A DNA stretch of 64,000 nt from Candidatus Saccharimonadales bacterium (GTDB lineage: Bacteria > Patescibacteriota > Saccharimonadia > Saccharimonadales > UBA4665): positions 5,593-69,592 of the forward strand of contig DATIJH010000005.1 of NCBI GenBank assembly GCA_035478835.1, read 5' to 3'. The first letter of the stretch is position 1; every line of letters starts with the position of its first letter. A program made the position numbers and the translations under genes. A model generated the notes under the pieces. The model was not told where the DNA came from. It worked only from the letters and a program-made list of their open reading frames with translations, and searched no databases. Shown here piece after piece: positions 1 through 10,610 of this stretch.

Positions 1-1485
1 GGCGAGGAATTCATCCTTAATAATCGCCAGAATTTTGCCCTCGTCGGCCAAGATTGCCTCAAGATTTGCAATAGTCTTTAGAAGCTCGGCGAGCTCATCC
101 TCAATCTTCTTACGCTCCAGGCCGGCGAGCGTACGCAGCTGCATTGAAAGGATAGCGCGCGCCTGAATCTCGCTCAAACCAAAGCGCGCCATGAGGTTCG
201 CCTGGGCTTCGTCGGTTGTCTCGCTTGAACGAATTGTACTAATGACCTCGTCGATATGGTCGAGCGCAATCTTCAAACCCTCTAAGACGTGGGCTCGCTC
301 TTTTGCCTTGCGTAGCTCGTACTCTGTACGTCGGCGCACTACGACACGACGGTGCTTAATGTGCTCCTGTATGATATCTTGCAAGCCAAGCACACGCGGC
401 TGGATCCCGTCAACCAATGCCATCATGTTGTAATGGAACGAGGTTTGCAATGGAGTCAGCTTGTAGAGCTGGTTTAGTAACTTCTTAGGATACGCGTCCT
501 TCTTGAGGTCGATCACAATACGGACATTGCCGCGCGCACTTTCGTCACGAATGTCCGAAATGCCATTCACCTTCTTCTCTTTTACGAGGTCTGCAATTTT
601 AACCACCAGGCTCTCTTTGTTAAGCGCATAAGGAATCTCAGTAATGATGATCTGATGGCGGCCTTTTGCGCCTTCAATAATCTCGGCGATACCGCGCACA
701 ACGACGCCGCCGCGTCCCGTTGCATAGGCGGTCCGCATTGAGTCTTTACCGTACACAACGCCGCCGGTTGGAAAGTCAGGCCCCTTAATGTACTGCAAGA
801 GGTCGTCTAGTGTTGCTTCTGGATTATTGATCTGGTGAATCGTGGCATCAATAAGTTCGCTGAGGTTGTGGGGCGGGATATTTGTTGCCATACCAACCGC
901 AATACCAAGTTGTCCGTTTAACAACAAGTTTGGCATCTTACCGGGGAGAACCGTTGGTTCTTGCGTGGTACCATCGTAGTTGTCCCGGAAATCTACCGTT
1001 TCTTTATCGATGTCCGCCAAAAGCTCGTCGGCAAGGCGTTCCATTTTAGCCTCGGTATAACGCATGGCAGCTGGCGGATCGCCGTCCATGGAGCCAAAGT
1101 TACCCTGGCCATTCACAAGCGTATAGCGCATGGACCACGACTGCGCCATGCGGACCATAGCGTCGTAAATCGAGGAGTCGCCGTGCGGGTGGTATTTACC
1201 CATTACAGCACCCACGACGTTTGCACTCTTGCGGTGGCGCGCGCTCGAGCGGAGACCATCGCTATTCATACTATACAGAATGCGCCGATGCACTGGCTTC
1301 ATACCGTCACGAACATCAGGCAAGGCACGCTCAATGATGACGCTCATCGAGTAACGTAGATAACTGTCCTCCATCACGTCTTCGACTGTACGCGCTTCTA
1401 CAGTACGCGAATGGTTTTGATCTTGGATGATTTCTACTTCGGTTGTCTGGTTCTGATCTTGGTCGTCCATATTACTCTGATCCAT
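1..1485 (-). CDS. gyrA: DNA gyrase subunit A, N-terminal part (runs off left edge of window)
   Basis: Reverse translation from ATG at 1485 gives [20 protein letters not shown]...[40 protein letters not shown]...[12 protein letters not shown], the canonical GyrA N-terminus. It starts 2 nt after the gyrB stop. It is absent from the ORF track because it is open at position 1. Confidence 0.9.
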   Translation of the reverse strand, partial: MDQSNMDDQDQNQTTEVEIIQDQNHSRTVEARTVEDVMEDSYLRYSMSVIIERALPDVRDGMKPVHRRILYSMNSDGLRSSARHRKSANVVGAVMGKYHPHGDSSIYDAMVRMAQSWSMRYTLVNGQGNFGSMDGDPPAAMRYTEAKMERLADELLADIDKETVDFRDNYDGTTQEPTVLPGKMPNLLLNGQLGIAVGMATNIPPHNLSELIDATIHQINNPEATLDDLLQYIKGPDFPTGGVVYGKDSMRTAYATGRGGVVVRGIAEIIEGAKGRHQIIITEIPYALNKESLVVKIADLVKEKKVNGISDIRDESARGNVRIVIDLKKDAYPKKLLNQLYKLTPLQTSFHYNMMALVDGIQPRVLGLQDIIQEHIKHRRVVVRRRTEYELRKAKERAHVLEGLKIALDHIDEVISTIRSSETTDEAQANLMARFGLSEIQARAILSMQLRTLAGLERKKIEDELAELLKTIANLEAILADEGKILAIIKDEFLA

Positions 1486-1486
1486 C

Positions 1487-3475
<1,989 letters not shown>

Positions 3476-3500
3476 TTAAGATCTGTCCCACTTACCTTAT

Positions 3501-3529
3501 ATTATAGCCCGCTAAAGGGCAAATTACAA
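3501..3529 (-). promoter_or_regulatory. sigma70-like promoter for gyrBA
   Basis: On the minus strand, TTGTAA (3529-3524), a 17-nt spacer and TATAAT (3506-3501) lie about 45 nt upstream of the gyrB start. Confidence 0.5.
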
Positions 3530-3538
3530 CCGAAGATC

Positions 3539-6500
3539 CTACGCAGCCGGCGCCGAGTTACCGCTGTTATCGTCGCGGTATCGCAAGTTGCCGTCCTGGT
3601 CGATAGTTATGGTGTCGTGTTCGATCGCGTCAGGACGCTGACCCGTCGGACGCAGTGGAATCTCGCCGGCAACGTGGCTGGGCTGTGGTTGGACTGGCGG
3701 CGCCTGTTGGACATGTGCATGTGCGGCCCCTGGCTTTTGCCCCCCAAGCGAGCGCTCAATTTCGTGTGCGATTGTATCTACTTCTTTTTTCTCAAGCTCA
3801 GTGCTTGAAATATTCTGCTGCGGTATTGGCGCGGTCGGTGGCGACATCAATGGACGTTGCTGTGGGTATGATGGGCGCGGAAAACCGGTAGGCTGTTGTG
3901 TCATAGGCCGCTGGAAACCACTTGGCGCAGGGTATGGCGCCATGGGATTGTTGTTCATCATAGGAGCCTGTGCAGGCGGCATAAAGCCTCCTCCCTGTTT
4001 TTTGGAAAGCCACTCATCCAGGAACGAGCCTGTGCCAGGACGCTTTGGGGCGGCAGCCGGCGGTAAACCAGGACTCGGCATTCCAGCAGGCACAGAAGCA
4101 GGCGCCCCAAATGCACCGCCGCCGCCAAAGGCAGGCGCGGGCGCCGCGGGCGGTGTTTTAGTTGTCATGCGTTCAAAAATCTCCGCCTCAACAACAGCCT
4201 TAGGCCGACCGTATTTAGCGGCAGACAATTGCCTGAGTGCATCTGAAAGCTCGGCGTTAGGAGTACCAAGCGGCGGCAGCGTTGCCATACTAAATGGTTG
4301 CGTCGGCACACCACCAATCATGGTGCGCACAATGGCGTTGTAGTTCGGCAGGTGAATAAGGTCCGTCTCATCAAAAGCAGGCCGGAAGTACTTTCGTAGC
4401 GTCTCTGCATCACGGTCGCCCACGCGGAAGCCAATCGTCGTGCCAACATTCCCAAATACAGCCTCACGTATTTCTTCGGTCAACTGAGTCGTAAACTGGT
4501 TGGCAACAATCAGGTTGAGGCGATATTTACGCGCCTCAGACAAAATAGTAGCGAAAGAATCAGTTGAGAAGTTCTGGAACTCATCAACGTAAAGCGAGAA
4601 GTCGACGCGTTCGCTCTCCGGAATATTCGCCCGACTCATGGCAGCGGCCTGGAACTTCATAACAAAGATCATGCCAAGCAGCTGCATATTAAGTTGTCCT
4701 GTACGCCCCTTGCTCAAGTTTACAAGCAAGATTTTTTTATTGTCCATGACGTCGCGCAGGTCAAAGGCGCTCTTGGACTGACCAATAATATTGCGCATCA
4801 TTTCATTAGAAAGGAATGCGCCAAATTTGCTTACGAACCAACCGACGATTTCACCAAACTCATTTGAACGTTGGGACTGCGGCATTTCTTTCTGCCAAAA
4901 TTCGAGTACGTTTGGATCCTTAACGTATTGTAATTTTTGCTTCACAAAGTTTGGATCTCTGAACAATTTAGGGATATCAATAAACGTACCGCCGTTCGGG
5001 TCGGCCATTACCGTAAGCGCGGCGTTACGGAAAAGGTGCTCATAGCGCGGACCCATAATTCCCTGGTGTTGTGGATCGTACAATTTGTAGAGCATGTTGA
5101 GGACTTCCTGAATCAAAAAGTCCTTTTGTTCTGGAGACTGAAATTCAAATAAGTTGAGGCCGAGCGGGTAATCCATTTCCGCAGGCGAGAAGTAAATAAC
5201 ATCTTCAGTTCGCTCGCGCGGCACCATAGACAACAGCTTTTCGGCAGTATCACCGTGTGGGTCTACGAACGCAAAGCCATTCCCGTCTATCATATCCTGC
5301 AAAGCCAGGTTCTCAAGGAATGTAGACTTACCCGTACCAGTCTGGCCGACGACATACATATGGCGCTGGCGATCTTGCACCGATAAACGAATAGGCTTCT
5401 TTGCTCCACGAAAAATGTTGTAGCCCAGCAACAAGCCTTTATCGGGCATGTTACGCGGACCGTCAACTTGCTTGGAGCCCTGCCGCTCAAGCTGCGAGGT
5501 AGGTATATTCTTTTGGTCGGGGAAATGGAATAGCGTTGCGAGCTCGACGGAGTTCAGGATGTCTTTGTTCTGATTTTGCGGGAAAAAACGTAGTATATAT
5601 GACGTCACTAGACTGCTTAAATCCTTCGCTGGAGTAAAGGATAGGCCGTTTTTACCCGGTGCATCGAACAAGGCGAATGCGGCGACGATACTGCTCAATA
5701 TAGTTTGCGAACGTTGTGAAACATTCGACGATGCAACAACACGAATCAGCACTTCGTATCCCGGGTGCCTGGTTTTTTCATCAATAGAGTCGAGGATGGC
5801 CTGGTCGAGCGTCGACAGCTCGTGCTTGCCCTTATCGTCCTTCTTACCTTCCGGGGGCTTAATAAATGCAGTCGCAAATTGTTGCAAAACAGACAATGCT
5901 ATCTGCGAACTTTTCTGATCCTTCTCGCCTTTGCGTTTCTTGCCAGCGACTTCATGCGCCTGTTTGCGCCAATCTCCATTGGCTGGTCGCATAAGGATCT
6001 GGATCGCGGCACCATCCTCCTTCTCAAGCGTCGACAAAGAGTTAAGGACCGACTGCATCGCGTCGCGCTTTACGTCCTGGTATGTAGCAAGCGGGTACGC
6101 AAACGCCTCTTTAAGTGTGAATTCACCGCCAGCAACGCCGCTCATACGGCCAGCAGAGTTGAAAATATTGGGCTCGACCACTTCATCGAGTCGTGCCGTC
6201 GGATATGCACTTACAATGGCTTGCTTAACCAGCTCCACCAAGCCGAGTGGGACGGTCGCATAAAAATACACAAAACCCTTCGTGCCAACGATCTCGAAAG
6301 AAAAATGACGCTGACCGTAAAAGCGGCTTTTAAATCCTTTCTGTAGTGTGCTCGCAATAAGGTTATAGATGATCTGCGCCTTGGATATGTTCTCATCCAG
6401 CACATCACGCACGTCGCGGCCGTTGCCCTCAATGTCCTCGCTCTGCGGCGGTAGATGTATAAGCAGCGTTACCATCTTGAGTCCGCGCTCATAATTTTTT

Positions 6501-6598
6501 TGATCGCGGGCGTGTCGGCGCGTTTGCACATATATAATTGGCGCCACTGTGGCCGCAATCGCAAACAATATAACCAGTACTATAATGATGGCAATCAT
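3539..6598 (-). CDS. VirD4/TraG/TrwB-like coupling-type P-loop ATPase with N-terminal TM helix and Pro/Gly/Gln-rich C-terminal tail
   Basis: 1019 aa. The N-terminal IAIIIVLVILFAIAATVAPIIYV is a TM helix. Walker A is VVGQTGTGKST, Walker B is LYVDEFQNF, followed by LIVANQFTTQL. The last ~230 aa are low-complexity P/G/A/Q. Confidence 0.7.
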   Translation of the reverse strand: MIAIIIVLVILFAIAATVAPIIYVQTRRHARDQKNYERGLKMVTLLIHLPPQSEDIEGNGRDVRDVLDENISKAQIIYNLIASTLQKGFKSRFYGQRHFSFEIVGTKGFVYFYATVPLGLVELVKQAIVSAYPTARLDEVVEPNIFNSAGRMSGVAGGEFTLKEAFAYPLATYQDVKRDAMQSVLNSLSTLEKEDGAAIQILMRPANGDWRKQAHEVAGKKRKGEKDQKSSQIALSVLQQFATAFIKPPEGKKDDKGKHELSTLDQAILDSIDEKTRHPGYEVLIRVVASSNVSQRSQTILSSIVAAFALFDAPGKNGLSFTPAKDLSSLVTSYILRFFPQNQNKDILNSVELATLFHFPDQKNIPTSQLERQGSKQVDGPRNMPDKGLLLGYNIFRGAKKPIRLSVQDRQRHMYVVGQTGTGKSTFLENLALQDMIDGNGFAFVDPHGDTAEKLLSMVPRERTEDVIYFSPAEMDYPLGLNLFEFQSPEQKDFLIQEVLNMLYKLYDPQHQGIMGPRYEHLFRNAALTVMADPNGGTFIDIPKLFRDPNFVKQKLQYVKDPNVLEFWQKEMPQSQRSNEFGEIVGWFVSKFGAFLSNEMMRNIIGQSKSAFDLRDVMDNKKILLVNLSKGRTGQLNMQLLGMIFVMKFQAAAMSRANIPESERVDFSLYVDEFQNFSTDSFATILSEARKYRLNLIVANQFTTQLTEEIREAVFGNVGTTIGFRVGDRDAETLRKYFRPAFDETDLIHLPNYNAIVRTMIGGVPTQPFSMATLPPLGTPNAELSDALRQLSAAKYGRPKAVVEAEIFERMTTKTPPAAPAPAFGGGGAFGAPASVPAGMPSPGLPPAAAPKRPGTGSFLDEWLSKKQGGGFMPPAQAPMMNNNPMAPYPAPSGFQRPMTQQPTGFPRPSYPQQRPLMSPPTAPIPQQNISSTELEKKEVDTIAHEIERSLGGQKPGAAHAHVQQAPPVQPQPSHVAGEIPLRPTGQRPDAIEHDTITIDQDGNLRYRDDNSGNSAPAA

Positions 6599-6915
6599 TT
6601 CTTTTCTTTAGATGCCGACGCTCGGCCGTAGCGAATCTCAAGGTATTCTAGTTTGAGTTCGCTTAAAAGTTTACTTTGCATGTAAGGATCGTCCTGTGTT
6701 CGCGCAATAATGCCTCGTGCCTTTTCAATAAGCTGTTGCTCGAGCGCTGCTTCGTCAATCGGCGCCGGGCCCGGCGTACTGCCCGCGGGCGGATTCAATG
6801 GAGCAAGAGATCCGCCCTGAGGAGCTACGGGAGGCACGCTTAAAGAATCCTGCTGCGTAGCAGTAGACGACTGCATCAGATGCGAATCCGGCGAGCTGTT
6901 CATTCGAGGTTCCAT
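6595..6915 (-). CDS. hypothetical protein (106 aa), translationally coupled to the ATPase
   Basis: The ORF stop overlaps the downstream ATPase start by 4 nt. It has a Pro-rich N-terminal half and a helical C-terminal half. No motif recognised. Confidence 0.55.
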   Translation of the reverse strand: MEPRMNSSPDSHLMQSSTATQQDSLSVPPVAPQGGSLAPLNPPAGSTPGPAPIDEAALEQQLIEKARGIIARTQDDPYMQSKLLSELKLEYLEIRYGRASASKEKK

Positions 6916-6964
6916 ACAATAGATACATTATAACAGTTTTACCACCTTAAATGCTACTACTTGC

Positions 6965-7306
6965 CTATCTTGGTTCTGTATTCAAAGCGTTGCGGGCGAT
7001 ATAGAAGTAAGACAGTACAAACAATACGACGGTCGTAGCAACGTCTTTAACGGTAAGTTGACCTAAAGACATAAGCACTGCAAGTAGCGTTGGCAAAGAA
7101 GCGCAAAGAATTGCGAGGCGCGTAGCCCTGCTTTGTATGGACGTGCGGCGCAAAGCCAGCCATTTAGTTGAAAAAAATATGAATACGAAAAATGCTACAA
7201 ACGGCAAAATCAATACGAAGGATGGCAGCTTTTGAGGATCGGTTGTCACAAATAGAATAAGCAAGCCGGCGGCGATAGCAATAAGTCTGATTAGCTTCTT
7301 TTTCAT
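6965..7306 (-). CDS. small integral membrane protein (113 aa, about 4 TM)
   Basis: Hydrophobic segments LIRLIAIAAGLLILFV, FVLILPFVAFFVFIFF, LAILCASLPTLLAVLMSL and VVLFVLSYFYI. A TATAAT (7323-7318) lies 11 nt upstream of the ATG. Confidence 0.6.
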   Translation of the reverse strand: MKKKLIRLIAIAAGLLILFVTTDPQKLPSFVLILPFVAFFVFIFFSTKWLALRRTSIQSRATRLAILCASLPTLLAVLMSLGQLTVKDVATTVVLFVLSYFYIARNALNTEPR

Positions 7307-7681
7307 AATCTACTGACATTATAGATTAAAGCGCCCCGTTTGTGATAACTTGGGACGCTTTATCTGTTTCTTTTAGAGCCTGGGGTAGTAAATCCGCCCA
7401 AAAAAGCTACTGCATGGCGCTTACTACCCTTCGGCTTGACTGACCGCTCTTCTCACCTTTAGGGTGAAAAAGAGCGCTATATTTTTGTTTGTTTTTGTAA
7501 GTTTTTGTTTTTGACTTACTAGAAACAATGGTACTACGTCCGGCCCAAAATGTCAATAGCATAAGCGCATTCTGGCAGAAAAACCCGTGCATGTCGCATG
7601 CAAAAACTACTCAGCAATTTTGTATTTTTAAAGCCATAAAAAGTTATACACAGGTTTTAAAAATTTTAAGCACAATTGTTA

Positions 7682-7710
7682 TTGACAGTACAAAATGTAA
7701 TTTATAAGAT
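7682..7710 (+). promoter_or_regulatory. sigma70-like promoter
   Basis: TTGACA (7682-7687), a 17-nt spacer and TAAGAT (7705-7710). Confidence 0.6.
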
Positions 7711-7716
7711 AGCAGT

Positions 7717-7880
7717 AGCACTTGAATAAAAAAAGTGCTCAAAAACAAAAACGACCTCGAAACAACGGCTTCTCGCAAGCCGTTGTTCCATGAAAAACCA
7801 ATAGTTATAATAAACCTCCAAAACCAAACAAACTCTCCGCGGACGGCCTGCAAAAAATCAGCAGGCCGTTTTTTATTTTG
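7717..7880 (+). ncRNA. candidate cis-regulatory leader (attenuator) of comM, or a stand-alone sRNA
   Basis: Hairpin AGCACT/AGTGCT at 7717-7739. Perfect 11-bp hairpin AACAACGGCTT/AAGCCGTTGTT at 7761-7787. Terminator stem CGGCCTGC/GCAGGCCG at 7844-7868 followed by a T-run. No ORF longer than 4 codons with an SD. Confidence 0.5.
7844..7880 (+). terminator. intrinsic terminator 33 nt upstream of comM
   Basis: 8-bp GC-rich stem, 9-nt loop, then TTTTTTATTTTGTTTTTT. Confidence 0.8.
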
Positions 7881-7912
7881 TTTTTTGAGGCATCTTGTAT
7901 TAAAAAGAACGC

Positions 7913-9433
7913 GTGGCAATTCAATGCATACTTACTATTGGCGCGGGCGGCATACCTATCGATATAGAGTGTCATCTTTCGAATGGGCTTCCCTGCATTG
8001 TCATTGTGGGCTTTGCGAATAAGGCCGTGGACGAAGCCAAGGAACGTATCCGCAGTGCATTCGCAAGCACAAAGCTATCAATGCCGACTAAACGCGTAAC
8101 TATAAATTTGGCTCCAGCCGATATTCCAAAAGAAAGCACGGCTTTCGATCTTGCAATTGCAGCAGCAATCCTAGAAGCCAGCAATCAAGTTACAAGGAAG
8201 TTGGGCAAAAATGATGCGATTATCGGGGAGCTGGGACTCGACGGCAGTATACGTCCCGTACGCGGGATCATCGGCAAATTACTGGTAGGGCGCGAGCGCG
8301 GCATCACAACATTCTACTTACCCGCTCAAAATCTCGGTCAGGCATTACTTGTTCCAGGAATCGAGATTGTAGCGCTTACCAACCTTGACGAGCTTTATAT
8401 GGAGCTAAATAGTAAGATCGAGCTAGAACGCCATAGGACGGGCGCCGGAAGAATGCCCGATAAAATTGTGCACACGCAGCATACCGCGCTCCTGAGCGAA
8501 GTCGTTGGTCAATCGCACGCCAAACGAGCCCTGGAAATTGCCGCGGCCGGCGGACACAATATTTTCTTAAACGGTCCGCCGGGAACGGGTAAAAGCATGC
8601 TTGCGAAGTCTCTTCCTTCGATCCTGCCACCGCTCACACGTGAGGAAATGCTGGAAGTTACCCATTTGCACAGTTTGGCGACGCAGAACTACGACAAAAT
8701 CATTACCGAACGCCCCTTCCGGGCACCCCACCATAGCGCAAGCCACATATCCATTATTGGCGGAGGCCAACAAATTAGACCAGGCGAAATCAGCCTTAGT
8801 CATTGCGGTGTGCTGTTCTTTGACGAACTGCCGGAGTATGGACGCAGCAGCATTGAAGCCTTACGGCAGCCCCTCGAAGAGCGCACCATAAGTATTGCAC
8901 GTGCGCGCGATACCGCTGTATTCCCCGCAAATTTTACCTTTGTAGCAACCGCCAACCCCTGTCCTTGCGGCTATTACGGAACGAGCAAGCCATGCCAGTG
9001 CCTTCCCCACCAGGTACTGCAATATCGCCGTAAACTTTCCGGACCAGTTCTCGACAGAATAGACATCTACGCGGAAGTCCACGGTGTAGACTATGCGAAC
9101 CTGCTCAGTAAAAGCGCACCGATCGAAAGCGATGACGACGTAAGAAAGCGTGTTGTGGCGGCGCGTGTACGCCAGGCGAAACGCTACAAGTCCAGTAAGC
9201 TTAATGCCAGCATGACGTCGCATGAAGCTAAAAATCTCGTAAAACTTAGCCCGGACGCCAAACATATACTCGACCAGGCCGCTACCAAACTTGCAATTTC
9301 GGCACGCAGCTACATGCGAATTGTACGAGTCGCCCGCACAATTGCAGATCTTGCAGCGTCGGATGCTGTTTCGGCAGCACATGTCGTAGAGGCCATTCAA
9401 TACCGTAGCCAAAACCACGACGCCGACGTATAG
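7913..9433 (+). CDS. comM: YifB/ComM family Mg-chelatase-like AAA+ ATPase
   Basis: 506 aa. It has an N-terminal Lon-protease-like segment (GLPCIVIVGFANKAVDEAKERIRSAF), Walker A FLNGPPGTGKSML, GVLFFDELPE and a Cys cluster NPCPCGYYGTSKPCQC. The start is GTG with no convincing SD. Confidence 0.9.
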   Translation: MAIQCILTIGAGGIPIDIECHLSNGLPCIVIVGFANKAVDEAKERIRSAFASTKLSMPTKRVTINLAPADIPKESTAFDLAIAAAILEASNQVTRKLGKNDAIIGELGLDGSIRPVRGIIGKLLVGRERGITTFYLPAQNLGQALLVPGIEIVALTNLDELYMELNSKIELERHRTGAGRMPDKIVHTQHTALLSEVVGQSHAKRALEIAAAGGHNIFLNGPPGTGKSMLAKSLPSILPPLTREEMLEVTHLHSLATQNYDKIITERPFRAPHHSASHISIIGGGQQIRPGEISLSHCGVLFFDELPEYGRSSIEALRQPLEERTISIARARDTAVFPANFTFVATANPCPCGYYGTSKPCQCLPHQVLQYRRKLSGPVLDRIDIYAEVHGVDYANLLSKSAPIESDDDVRKRVVAARVRQAKRYKSSKLNASMTSHEAKNLVKLSPDAKHILDQAATKLAISARSYMRIVRVARTIADLAASDAVSAAHVVEAIQYRSQNHDADV

Positions 9434-9446
9434 CCCCAGACCACGC

Positions 9447-9475
9447 TTGACCTCTGTTTTTACATCTGTTACAAT
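9447..9475 (+). promoter_or_regulatory. sigma70-like promoter of infC-rpmI-rplT
   Basis: TTGACC (9447-9452), a 17-nt spacer and TACAAT (9470-9475). Confidence 0.6.
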
Positions 9476-9509
9476 TGCTAGCACAAACAATAGTAAAAGG
9501 AGATTGTCT

Positions 9510-10037
9510 ATCAGCAAGATGAATCGCCTGAATGGTGAGATTCGGGCACCCCAGTTGCGAGTGCTTGACCAAGATGGAAAACAGCTTGGTATTCTTTCCA
9601 GGAACGACGCATTACGCGCAGCAGAAGAGCAAGGTCTGGATCTCGTAGAGATCTCAGCAGATGCAAATCCGCCTGTTGCTAAAATCGTCGACTGGGGCAA
9701 GTACAACTACCAGCGCACCAAGCAGCTGCAAAAAAACAAACGCAGCGCCAAGGCGCTTGAAGTCAAGCAAATGCGATTTGGTCTCAAGATTAGCGAGCAC
9801 GATCTGGGCGTCAAACTCCGAAAAGTTACAGACTTTCTCGAAGTAGGCCACAAAGTTAAGCTCACTATCTTTTACCGCGGTCGCGAGCTCGCCCACAAAG
9901 AACTCGGTTTTAAACTTGCTGAAAAGGTGATCAGTGATTTCGGCGATGCAATCGTAGTCGATCAAGCCCCACAGTTCGCCGGAAAACAACTCAATTTCGT
10001 AATAAGGAGCAGTCATGCAAAAGCAAAAGACGCATAG
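9510..10037 (+). CDS. infC: translation initiation factor IF-3 (probable non-AUG start)
   Basis: NRLNGEIRAPQLRVLDQDGKQLGILSRNDALRAAEEQGLDLVEISADANPPVAKIVDWGKYNYQ matches IF-3. GGAG at 9499-9502 is 7 nt from the in-frame ATC at 9510 and 16 nt from ATG at 9519. Confidence 0.9.
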   Translation: MSKMNRLNGEIRAPQLRVLDQDGKQLGILSRNDALRAAEEQGLDLVEISADANPPVAKIVDWGKYNYQRTKQLQKNKRSAKALEVKQMRFGLKISEHDLGVKLRKVTDFLEVGHKVKLTIFYRGRELAHKELGFKLAEKVISDFGDAIVVDQAPQFAGKQLNFVIRSSHAKAKDA

Positions 10038-10206
10038 TGGCGCAAAGGACCGCGTACGGGTTACCAAAAACGGTAAAGTGCGTGCCGGCCACCCGAACAC
10101 CAGCCACTTCTTACAGAAGAAGAGAGGCGCACGCAAGCGAAGCCTGTCTGGACTCGGCACTATGAATGCCACCAACAGCAAAATCATTAAGAAACTAGGA
10201 GTCTAA
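10015..10206 (+). CDS. rpmI: 50S ribosomal protein L35
   Basis: 63 aa, MQKQKTHSGAKDRVRVTKNGKVRAGHPNTSHFL. It overlaps the infC end and has AAGGAG upstream. Confidence 0.92.
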   Translation: MQKQKTHSGAKDRVRVTKNGKVRAGHPNTSHFLQKKRGARKRSLSGLGTMNATNSKIIKKLGV

Positions 10207-10210
10207 ATAG

Positions 10211-10555
10211 ATGCGCGTAAAACGAGGTGTCGCAAGCCACCACAAACACCAGAAGATCCGTCGTGCAACAAAAGGCATGACTCACCCGAACCGCGTAAGC
10301 ATCAAGCGCGGCAAGCAGGCAGTCACAAAAGCACTGCAGTTTGCATACCGTGACCGCCGCAACAAAAAGCGCTCGTTCCGCGAACTATGGAACGCACGTA
10401 TCAATGCTGGCGCCCGTTTGAACGGCACTACTTACAGCCGCTTGATCGCAGGCCTCAAAAAAGCCAACGTTACGCTTGACCGCAAAATCCTGAGCGAGCT
10501 CGCAGTAAACGAGCCTAAGGCTTTCGCGGCCGTCGTAAAGACAGCCAGCAAATAA
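10211..10555 (+). CDS. rplT: 50S ribosomal protein L20
   Basis: 114 aa, MRVKRGVASHHKHQKI...AYRDRRNKKRSFRELWNARINA. Confidence 0.95.
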   Translation: MRVKRGVASHHKHQKIRRATKGMTHPNRVSIKRGKQAVTKALQFAYRDRRNKKRSFRELWNARINAGARLNGTTYSRLIAGLKKANVTLDRKILSELAVNEPKAFAAVVKTASK

Positions 10556-10575
10556 GGCCGCTCTTACTTTGAAAT

Positions 10576-10608
10576 ACAAAAATACCCTCCACACGGAGGG
10601 TATTTTTT
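10576..10608. terminator. bidirectional intrinsic terminator (rplT on +, rnpB on -)
   Basis: A-run, stem ATACCCTCC / loop ACAC / GGAGGGTAT, then TTTTT. The mirrored A-run supplies a T-run on the other strand. Confidence 0.8.
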
Positions 10609-10610
10609 CG

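Noticed and set aside
7717-7880. L20-binding leader controlling infC-rpmI-rplT.
   Set aside because: comM lies between the element and infC, and infC has its own strong promoter (TTGACC-17 nt-TACAAT at 9447-9475). Control of comM is therefore the more parsimonious target.
7307-7912. Possible replication origin: an AT-rich 600-bp spacer next to gyrB/gyrA at a strand switch.
   Set aside because: Only degenerate DnaA-box-like 9-mers are visible, for example TTATACACA at 7644-7652 and TGTGATAAC near 7341. There is no cluster of consensus TTATCCACA boxes and no dnaA or dnaN nearby. Gene orientation returns to the minus strand after 10.6 kb, so there is no origin-type strand polarity switch.
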